From Azolla caroliniana (Eukaryota > Plantae > Polypodiophyta), in contig JBHGNT010000013.1 of assembly GCA_043228905.1 (NCBI GenBank), forward strand, positions 20,584,001-20,648,000: 64,000 nucleotides of DNA, in the 5' to 3' direction. Numbering within the stretch: the stretch's first letter is position 1; each line of letters begins with the position of its first letter. Both the position numbers and the translations under genes were made by a program. Below are positions 40,835 through 50,240 of the stretch, piece after piece. Below the pieces are notes generated by a model. That model was not told where the DNA came from. It did not search any database and saw only the letters and a program-made list of their open reading frames with translations.

Positions 40835-41655
40835 TTAACACCGATTCGCGCGCGCGCACACACACACGCGCGCGCGCGCAACTCACGCCCTCATGTACAG
40901 GAAACGCAGGAAAGGGGGGGGGGACACCCGACACCAAGAAAGACGCCAATATACACAGACAGACGCAAACGTATATGTATATATATATATAAGAAGAATA
41001 CACTCCCGGCTTCAAGCCGGACTGAGGTAGGTTACAATAGTCGTTTGCTACCAAGCCGCCGTCGGGGAGCTCACGGGCTCGTCGCGCCGAGCGGGGTCTT
41101 GCGCAGGAGATGAGTTGAAGAAAACCCTAAATGAACACGAAGGGGGGGGAAGAAGAAGAAGAAGAAACCTAACTCTAAACCTAACGGTATACCCTCGAAT
41201 GCAAAATGGGCAACCCTTTTACAAAGGGCGTTCCCTTCCTTTTATAGAACAAGGAAAGGGAGACATTACAATGCGGGACAAATCCCGACTTACATGGGAT
41301 CGTCTGTCCCGACTTGACTACTCTTCGGCGCCATAAAGGCGCCCTCGACATTCACACTAAATGTACACAGGTGCGTACACACGCTGCACCCCGCCGATGT
41401 AGCCAATGTTTCCCGGTTTCCGCCTTTGGCCGAAATTCTTCACGACACCGTTGAATACACTATAATGCAGTTGTCAAAAAGGGTCGGATCTGTGCAGGAA
41501 ACTTTTCACTGTCTCTGAATCTTCAGGCATTTCCAACTCCTTTTGTCATTCTTTTTTCATACTTTGCCTGTTCCAAATGTGTAATAAATGAGCTTGGAAT
41601 ACCTTCATTAGTGTCTCCAACTTTTTTCGAGTAAGGGGGTTTCTGCATTTATAGA

Positions 41656-42040
41656 TGTTGAGAATCAAGCTCAACATAGTGCAATGTGTGAACACACCTT
41701 TTGAGAATCCATGATTAATCAAAGCTTAAGAGTCACACCACTACTCTCTACACATTAACTATGTGTCATGGAATCATATTCTATGACACATAACACATTC
41801 CCCATGACTATGAGTCTTCACATTCCCCAAGAGAGAGAGTGGTTATTGTAAGTTAATGAAGAGAGAGGGTGACTCTATATAAAGCAGCCTCCTCATACTT
41901 CATACTAAGTCGGTTGTAACTCCTTGTAATGCTACAATTTTGTATCTCCATTCTACTTGTGAAATATACACCTTCTTCTTGAGTATTTTATTTCTCTTGC
42001 TTATCTATCTTGTGTTCTCTTCTCTCCTCCATTTTTTTTT

Positions 42041-42081
<41 letters not shown>

Positions 42082-42910
42082 TATCTATTCCGATGCACAA
42101 GAATCACTATCGATTCTTTACATGGTATCAAAGCGATTTGGTAGCTCGATCTAGCCCATTCGCCTCATCGTGATAGTGTGTTGTGCTCTATGCCGACGTT
42201 CAAGAAGAACCGGCTCATCGCTATCCTAGTACCACTACATATCTCGTGTTCGAGAGAGAAGGAAAAGAAGAAATGAAGCTTAATCAACAATGAATACTCA
42301 AATGGGGAGCGTTCTCCCTAGAGAGAAGTTGGACCGAAACAACTTCACATCTTGGGAGTACAAGATGCACCAATAGCTTGTCGGTCAAGACTATTGGGGT
42401 TACATCAAGGGAGCACAAGAAAACCGACCCGACCCGAAAGATGCCGACTATGCAACTTGGGAGCAAGCGGCAACCCGAGTGATATATTGGATGGCAACAT
42501 GTGTTCACGACCACATGCTCGGCTACATTCGAGAAGCCGAAATGCCAAAGGAAGCATGGGAGAATCTACGAAAGATTTTCGCCGCCAACACAACCGCGAG
42601 AAAGCTTCAACTCTCCCAAGAGTTGAACAACATCCAACAACGAGATATATCCATCACAAGCTACACCTTGAAGATCAAGGAGCTTTGTGATGGACTCAGC
42701 TCAATAAGCGTCAATGTGGACGATGACGAAATGGTGCAAATATGCCTCGGCGGCCTTACACCACGGTTCGGCGCGATGCGGACCGCCGTACTAGCACGAG
42801 AGCATCTGCCCTCCTTCTTTGATCTTCAATCCATGTTGTTGGTCGAAGAAAATCATGTTCGAACAAGGAGCAACGCCTCGGAAGGCCACATGCTCTACAC
42901 GCTATCGTGA
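41656..42910 (+). mobile_element. Truncated Ty1/copia element: 5' LTR 41656-42122, tRNA-iMet PBS, partial gag
   Basis: TGTTGAGAATC...GATTCTTTACA ends; PBS TGGTATCAAAGC at 42123-42134; UBN2-type gag KEAWENLRKIF...YTLKIKELCDGL...LLVEE. Confidence 0.85.
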
Positions 42911-43385
42911 AGATCCGTCACTACGTGCGAATCGTGAGGCGAAATCGTCGAGGTTCTGGACCGGAAGGACTTGAAGTTTGCACAAGCTTTAGCGAGAAAG
43001 GAATTAAGATAGATTGAAAGAGAGAGAGATTGAGATAAGATGGAACGCTTAATTTAGATTGAGAGAGAGATTAAAATTGAATTCTTGACTTTAGATTTGA
43101 AGAACAAGATTGATACATCAATTGGATAACAAATTTTCTAACTTTTAATTTCTTGATTAATACATCGCTCCCTTTGATCTTTTTCATCCACCCTTTTATA
43201 GATGCTCCCATGCATATGATGCATGTGAGGGTACAAGACATGCATACAATGCATATGATTCATGTTTGCCATTTGGCACTCATGCATCACATGTCACTCA
43301 ATTAAGCTCTAAAATGAGAATTTACATGTAAAGTTATAATGATAAAAATATAATCCCTAAAGAAATGATTTGGCTTAATGGTAAG

Positions 43386-43805
43386 CCTATTGCTTCCTAT
43401 CTTGGAGGTGCAAAGTTTGAGTCTTGCTCATATCTTTTTCTTTTATGCACAAAATACTATTAGGCTTTTGGACCAAATATCTTTAAGACACCATGCATCG
43501 CGATCAACCGATTCCATGTGTCTGATTTGCATCCGTTTGGTCCGGCCCAATCCGCATCCCGAGTCGATTGCCGGTCATTGGCCGGTTGCCGGCGGCTCCG
43601 TCGCCGCCTATTGCTTTCTATCTTGGAGGTGCAAAGTTCGAGTCTTACTTACATCTTTTCTTTTATGCACAAAATACTATTAGGCTTTTGGACCAAATAT
43701 CTTTAAGACACCAGGCACCGCGATCAACCGATCCGTCCGATTTGCATCCGTTTGGTTCGGCCCAGTCCGCATCCCGAGTCGATTACCGGTCACCGACCGG
43801 TTGCC
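43386..43805. repeat. ~221-bp tandem duplication in an LTR-like remnant
   Basis: GCCTATTGCTTYCTATCTTGGAGGTGCAAAGTTYGAGTC at ~43386 and ~43607. Confidence 0.8.
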
Positions 43806-45004
43806 GCCATCGGTTTTGGTTGGCCAAAACTTTTACAAGTAGCTAAGCCACACCCACTCATCCAATTAGCTTAGTTCAAGTCACCTTGAACTCTCTATGC
43901 TCCACACATAAAGACAAAGATAATAGCTTTTGCTCTACATTATATATGGTGAGATCCTTATTTGTCCTATCTATGTGGGATATCTCACAGTTTTATCTTT
44001 ATCTTTTCCTTTGCAAACTCCTTACCCACATAACTTGAGACTTAGATGTTCGTTTTTTATGTAGTAAAGTGCATTTGAAAGCTCTTAAAGATATCCATCT
44101 TTTTTTACTAACATATTAAACTTATTTAAAATAGTATTTTCACTATTATTGTTTTATATGATTCTGTCGAGTGACAAGCTCAACATTGGGTGCTCAACAC
44201 GGTGCGTAACCCAGTAGTGCACAAATCATTATGCACTACATGGCCGGAACGGTGCGAACACCACGAGGCCGTTAGAGAGATATTCCTCGAAAGGAATAAT
44301 TTTGGGAGTGAGTGTAGCGGCTCATTTATGAGCGTCAAGTATTGTCAGTACTTGTATAGAAGGGGCTCATTGAGCACGGTGTATGTACAGAGAGTCATTA
44401 TTTTGAATTGGAGTTTTTTGTTGTCTGCTCTATGTCACAGACACACCAAGCGTGGACTAAGACTGAGCACGGATGATGAGACTACGACGGAGCGATGATG
44501 GAATGACACAAGAGCATAAAGATAGATATGAAGATCATGGAGACAAGATTGAGCGAAACGAAAATACTAGATTGATATGTCCATGACTGGCGTTGTTCAC
44601 CTTGAATTTCTTCAAGGTGAACTCAACTATTTATACTAAGTGGCATGCATACCTATTGCACGCATGTGATACAATAGAGCATGTAGGTAGTAGGTATGCA
44701 TGCATGTGCCAAGTGTTAATAATACAAGGGAGAAATTATGCACATGATGCTAGTAAAACCTACAATGAGGAAATATATACATGATTATATGTTAGATGTG
44801 TGGTTAACACATAACACTCGATTATAACTTGGTCATGTCAAGAGTTCGAATCTTGACATTATACCCTCTCCAAAGATGCCTTCCCAAATCGTTTGTCGAC
44901 TTTAGGGGATATTGTTGATGAAAATCTTAGATCACCTCAAAAGTATTTTGTAAATCCTAGACAAGGAGTAACCCTTCCACAAGACGAGGTATTTAACACC
45001 AACG

Positions 45005-45913
45005 AGCATGAGCGTCCATGTGTGGTCCACGCGTAGGACTGGAACACAAATATCAACGGGTGTGATCGACCATGTGTGGTCCTCACGAGAATCATGAACA
45101 CCAAGGGGCATGAGTGACCATGTGGGGTCCTTGCCGGGAACTGGAACGTTCCTTGCTGAGAGTTGGAACACGAACACCAACGGGCGTGAGCAACCATGTT
45201 GTCCTCACCGAGAAATGGAACATGAACGAGTGAGCGACCATGTGGCCCTCACCGGGAACAGGAACACGAACGGGATTAATCGACCATGTGTGGTCCTCAC
45301 CGGGAACTGGAACATGAACAACAATGGGCATGAGCGACCATGTCGGTCCTCACCGGGATCTAGAACATGAACAATAGTTGGAGTGAGCTACCATGTGCGG
45401 TTGTCACCGGAGACTAGAACACGAACGGGAGTGAGCGACCATGAGGCCCTCACTAGGAACAGGAACATGAACGGGAGTGAGTGGCCATGTGCGGGCCTCA
45501 CCGGGAACAGAAACACGAATGGGCGTGAGCGACCATGTGGCCCTCACCGGGAACTCGAACACGAACGTGCGTGAGCGACCATGCTCACCGAGAACAGGAA
45601 CACGAATGGGCGTGAGCGACCATGCGGCCCTCACCGGGAACTCGAACACAAACAGGCGTGAGCGGCCATGCGGCCCTCACTGGGAACTGGAACACGAACA
45701 CCAATGGGAGTGAGCGGCCTTGTGCAGCCCTCACCGAGAACAGGAATACAAATGGGCGCGAGCGACCATGTGTGATCCTCACTAGGAGTTGGAACATGAA
45801 CAACGGGCATGAGCGACCATGTCGGTCATCATCAGGATCTAGAACACGAACAATAGTTGGAGTGAGCGACCGTGTGTGGTCCTCACCGGAAATTGGAACA
45901 CGAATACCAATGG
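45005..45913. repeat. Tandem array of ~40-55-bp hairpin-forming units (left part, ~18 units)
   Basis: Consensus GTGAGCGACCATGTG(TG)GYCCTCACCGGGAACWSGAACACGAAC...GGG. Confidence 0.9.
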
Positions 45914-48057
45914 TGTCGCATTACGCGCATGCGTGTAGAAGGGGCGGGACCACGGGGGTCTTTGACCGGAGAGAGAGAGAGAGAGCGAGAGATTCACAAA
46001 CACGCAGAAGCGAGAAGGAGAGATATAGAACGGAACACTTAATTACAATGACAAGATATTACAAACTCTGACGGTTACAACCGGCAAGGCGGCGATAGGC
46101 CCGACACAGGGACCCTACTCACGCACACGGACGGAAAACAGTGGACCCAGAGAAACGCAGAAGGAAAAGCCTCTGCTGGCAGCGCACGGGCTACCCACGA
46201 AGCAGAGGCGTCAAACTCCCAGCACACACAGAGAATGCCGGTCGGAGGAGGAGAGAGAGTTTGCCCTCGGTCCTGTAGCACCTCGTCCTCCTTAACGTGC
46301 GATACCTCTATCTTCCTTCTCTCCCTCCTTAAATAGTTCGCAAAAGGGGGGGGTGCCCCCTTTCTCCCTAGTCAAATCGCTTTATTCCCTGTCCCTTTTG
46401 ATAGAGATACGCACAATCCCCTAATAAATGTGTACTACTTAGTATTTACATCAGCCGATCTATTTATGAATCATGTACAAAATATCAAAATCTCAATTCA
46501 CGCGTCCATCCGTTTAAGAGCTGGTCCATGCGCCCTTTTCTCCGATTCCGCCTATGGCCGGTTTTCTTCACGACATCCACCCCCACCAAACCGCGCATCC
46601 ACCGGCATGCGCTAGAGACGGGTAGATATCGAAGAAAACCGGCTTCACGCGTCGCTCTCTGATTCTCCGCCGGGCCCGAACCGATCGTCGTTGTCGCTCC
46701 TGCTCGCGGGGTTCGACTTGTCTTCGAACCGCTTCTTGAACGCTTTGATCCGCTTCCCGGCAACCGGCATTGCTAGCCGTGTCCTGTCGAGTTCCGCGAG
46801 GTGGTACGTGCCGTTGCCGTTCGCGTTCGTCACCGTGTAGGGCCCGAACCACCTCCTAGCAAACTTCTGCACTGCCTTGTGCTGATTGTCGAGGCTGCTG
46901 TCGTACACCAAGACCCAGTCACCTTCCTCGATCTTCTTTGGTCGCAATCGGTGCGTCTGGTTGAACCGGGTCTTGTTTCGTTCCCTTGTCGCCCGCAACT
47001 TCTCCTTTGCCCGTTTCATGTCCTCCGGCCTCCGCTCGAGTTGCCGAATCCGCGCCGCCAGCAACTCCTCCCGGCTCATCTCATCCTTCCAATCTACCGC
47101 TGCCCACGAAGAAACCGTCCTTTCCACCGGCATGATCGGCTTCTGTCCATACATCAGCTCTGCCGGCATAATCCATGTTACCGAATTGTGCGTAGTTCGG
47201 TCCGCCCATAGTGCGTAAGGAAGGAGTCGCGACCAATTCCCGACCTGCCCTCTGCATGCACACACCAACGCCTTTACGATCGGCCCATGGCCACGTTGTC
47301 GTGAAGAAAACCGCCAACAAGAGGAATCGGAGGAACAAGGCGTGGGAAACGGCTCTACACACACACGCGCGCCAAGAAGTACCTAAGGACGAAGTAGGTA
47401 CATACGAGGATCCTAGGCGGGTAGATTCGGTTGGTAAGCAGTTAATGCAAAACGGCCTCTTGACGGGCTATAAAAGGAAGAGGAAGAATAGAAGTCGGAC
47501 ATCTCCCGCGGAGAGGACAAAGTGCTGCCGAACCGATTTCGGAGCTTCTCCCTCACTCCTGCTCTCTCTGTCTTCTGCTCCATCGCGTACCTGTGCAGGT
47601 TTCGAGGAGGCTTGCGCTGTTCCGTGGAACGCCCCGAGTGCGTCCTGCAGCACCTCCGACCTGTTTTACCTTTCTGTGCGTCGCGACATACAGGGGTCGG
47701 CAGCTGTTCGCCGCCCTGTTCGTTTTCGTTAGTATCTATTTTGTGCCCCACCGTGGGTTGTAATACTTTAGTCTGCTATTTTTCTTGCATTCATAAGTAC
47801 ATATCTCTCGTTGTTGCGTCCATCTGCGTCGGCGTTCATTTGTGATCTCTGTTTGTTGGGCCGTGTCCCTGTGCAATCGTCGGTTCTGCGCAATCGGATC
47901 TTCGGTTCTGTGTAATCGGGTCTCTCTCTTATCTCTCTCTCTCTCTTGCTCTTCGGTTCGAGACCCCCGTGGTCCCTCCTCCTTTCTACACGCAAGGGCG
48001 TAGCAACCCCGACATCTTGGTGAACCCGACGTGAAAGAGGCGGCAGAAGAGCAGGAA

Positions 48058-50184
48058 ATGAAGGGGGCGGATCTTGCAGAGGCCATGGCTTCGGCCGTGG
48101 ATCGGATAGTAAGCGCGCGCGAGGGCACCGGCGCCCTCGATAGAGCTATTGAGGCGGTCGTCGGAACGATCGGTCGATTCACCGGGAAGGATGCCACGAA
48201 GTACCTGGCGTCCTACGGTGCGGAAATGTTAATGCGGGACATTCCGGAAGACAGGCGCCTTGCCGGTTTTCCCCGAGTGGCGATGCCGAGCATCCACGCG
48301 GAGGTGCTCGAGGTGCGGGCGGAGAGCCGTACCTGGGAGGAGTTCGAAGGTCGGCTCCTGGAAAAATACGGACTGGACGACGCGCTCCGGCTTTCGAAGC
48401 GAAGCTTCATGGAGTGGGTAGAGTCTCCCGGGAAAGGAAGGAATGCGTCGGCACTCCTCCGGGAGTTCGAGGAGAACTTCGCGCGCCTTTCGGCGCTTGA
48501 CAGGATGGTCCTGGATACAAGCCGGGTCCTGCTGTTCGTCAAATCGGTTGACGAGAGGGATCGGAGTCACGTGGGCGCCCTGCTAGAAACCGAAGACGGG
48601 CTGACAGCCGACTGGGCGGCGGTCAAGAGAGCCTGCGGCCGTTTCGACAAACGGCGAGAATGGGAGGATGACAGAGCAACCGGGTCGGGCTCAGTCGCGG
48701 CGAGGAAACTCGAGCCGGCGCAGCCGGTGCGAAGGGAAGAGACTCGGGAGTGGCTGGAATCCGGTTCATCTCCGACCGGCGGGATCAGAGGCTCGACTGG
48801 AGGAGCTGCGTTGGAGGAACTGACGAGGGCGATAAAAGACCTCCAAATCGCACAAGCCCGCAGAGAAGGCGGAGGACCTGCTCGTGACCGACGGCCGGCG
48901 GCAGGGAACAGGTGCATGTGGTGCGACGGGGTCGGCCACATCCGAAAAGACTGCGGCGATTTCGCGGAGGCGCTGAGGAACCGGGTGGTGTACCTATGGG
49001 AAGGCCGGGTTCACGCCAACGACACGAGAAGGGCCCTAAACCGAAACGACGGGCGAGGCGGAATGAAGAGGTTGATGGAAGAGGCGGCGGCCCGACATGC
49101 GGAAACCGTCCACTACTCGGCGTCGGCCGGTATTCGAGTCGGGGGCGGCGAGGCCCGAAAGGAAAGCAAAGCCGGATTCTGGCCGACGATGCTGGAAGGC
49201 CTTGCCGGTGCAGGGCTTAAAAGGGAGGAATCGGACCGTGCGGAGAAACGGGTACGGGAGATGACCGGGTGGAGCGACCCGGTCGAGGAAAAGACGGGCT
49301 TCGTGGAAGCCGCTTGCCGGAACTACGAGGCTCTGGTAGAAGAGAAGCGGGTGGGAAAACCCGGGACGACCGGGCCCTCACAACGATACGAGACCCGGTC
49401 CGGGCCACGACGGGACGAAGCCGGCGGGGCCGGTACGCAAGATAAACCCCAGAAGGGCGGGTACCGTCTGGGGACGGAGATAGAAAGAACCACGGACTTA
49501 CGAAAGGTCCTGGAGGAACGGATCCTCGACAGCAAGGTGGAGCTGTCGCTACGGGAGGTGCTGGGAATCGCCAAGAAGGAGTTCCACGACTCGATCGTGG
49601 ACTTGGTGAAACGGAAGAGGCTGTCAACGGAGACAGAACCGGAAAGACCGGTGGAAGTGCGGACGACGCACCTAGACGACATGGCGCTGGGAGACGAGTG
49701 GGCGGAAAGCCACTATTCGAGACCGCACTGGGCCCGAGCGACCACGGAAACCCCGGTGAAGATCGGCGATGTCCAGGAACCGGTGATAGCTTTGGTGGAC
49801 CACGGATCGGAGATCAATTTGATGTCCATGGACTTCTATAAGAAGGGCAAATGGCCGATCAACACCAAGCACGGGTGGAAAATAAGGGCAGCAACGCGCG
49901 CCACCGAGGAACTGCACGGGGCCTGTCCGAATGTGCGAGTCAAGATCGGCGACGTCGAGATTGACCAGCACTTCTTCGTGCAGGAGACGTCTTCGCATCC
50001 GGTCATACTGGGAGAGCCGTATATCACGGCGGCGCGAATGGAGACCAAGGTGCTGGACAACGGTTCGGCCTATGCGCGGGTCAAGAGCCAGGACGGGCGC
50101 CATTCGGTCCAGTTTTTGACGGTTAGGCCGAACCACGAACGTAACCGCGACTCCCTCGGTTCCGATAACCGAGAGGATTTTTAG
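48058..50184 (+). CDS. gag: Gag-protease polyprotein
   Basis: CCHC knuckle CMWCDGVGHIRKDC; aspartic protease ALVDHGSEINLM...VILGEPY. First ATG at 48058 (the ORF track starts at GTG 48031, inside the PBS). Confidence 0.9.
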   Translation: MKGADLAEAMASAVDRIVSAREGTGALDRAIEAVVGTIGRFTGKDATKYLASYGAEMLMRDIPEDRRLAGFPRVAMPSIHAEVLEVRAESRTWEEFEGRLLEKYGLDDALRLSKRSFMEWVESPGKGRNASALLREFEENFARLSALDRMVLDTSRVLLFVKSVDERDRSHVGALLETEDGLTADWAAVKRACGRFDKRREWEDDRATGSGSVAARKLEPAQPVRREETREWLESGSSPTGGIRGSTGGAALEELTRAIKDLQIAQARREGGGPARDRRPAAGNRCMWCDGVGHIRKDCGDFAEALRNRVVYLWEGRVHANDTRRALNRNDGRGGMKRLMEEAAARHAETVHYSASAGIRVGGGEARKESKAGFWPTMLEGLAGAGLKREESDRAEKRVREMTGWSDPVEEKTGFVEAACRNYEALVEEKRVGKPGTTGPSQRYETRSGPRRDEAGGAGTQDKPQKGGYRLGTEIERTTDLRKVLEERILDSKVELSLREVLGIAKKEFHDSIVDLVKRKRLSTETEPERPVEVRTTHLDDMALGDEWAESHYSRPHWARATTETPVKIGDVQEPVIALVDHGSEINLMSMDFYKKGKWPINTKHGWKIRAATRATEELHGACPNVRVKIGDVEIDQHFFVQETSSHPVILGEPYITAARMETKVLDNGSAYARVKSQDGRHSVQFLTVRPNHERNRDSLGSDNREDF

Positions 50185-50240
50185 AGAGGGCTGCCAAGGC
50201 GTGGGGCCGCGACAGTCCGGACACCCCGGGAAAACCCCAC
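50175..50240 (+). promoter_or_regulatory. Putative -1 programmed ribosomal frameshift signal (G GAU UUU plus H-type pseudoknot)
   Basis: Slippery heptamer 50175-50181 directly before the gag TAG; 6-nt spacer; stem1 50188-50195/50211-50218; stem2 50201-50206/50235-50240; conserved at 57191-57256 (-). Confidence 0.75.

Larger units (their letters stand above)
36284..41447 (-). mobile_element. Young non-autonomous gag-only Ty3/gypsy element; LTRs 36284-37058 and 40666-41447
   Basis: TG...CA LTRs, nearly identical apart from microsatellite length and a few substitutions; 4-bp TSD CCGT; PBS (40645-40661) matches the plant tRNA-Trp 3' end; PPT next to 37058; no RT/IN motifs. Confidence 0.93.
35276..41642 (-). 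pseudogene. Intron-containing beta-class DNA amino-methyltransferase (N6-adenine/N4-cytosine, N6_N4_Mtase-like) pseudogene; exons ~41642-41448 + 36283-36016 (split by a Ty3 insertion), 35924-35632, 35538-35276
   Basis: Manual translation: YSVFNGEVGNMQNILPKRHYTLLIADIPYG (motif IV, DIPY at 36210-36221)...W|IKTNITHTPGARMVSAVEHLCVGYY...VNPYQKPQRLINRLIKLFSNPDD~WVLDLFFGT|(G)TTTTCVLKMFRNFVALEKNPEQVNFIKMRI. This is the beta-class order IV...X-I-II. Two GT-AG introns (91 and 93 nt), three in-frame TGA stops, two frameshifts. Confidence 0.85.

Noticed and set aside
45005-45913. CRISPR-like array of palindromic repeats
   Set aside because: The linkers are homologous to each other rather than unique spacers, there are no cas genes, and the context is a eukaryotic TE. 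It is a tandem repeat.
48018-48034. tRNA-Trp gene fragments (also 40645-40661, 59994-60010)
   Set aside because: Only the 17-nt 3' end including CCA, adjacent to LTRs; these are primer-binding sites, not tRNA genes.
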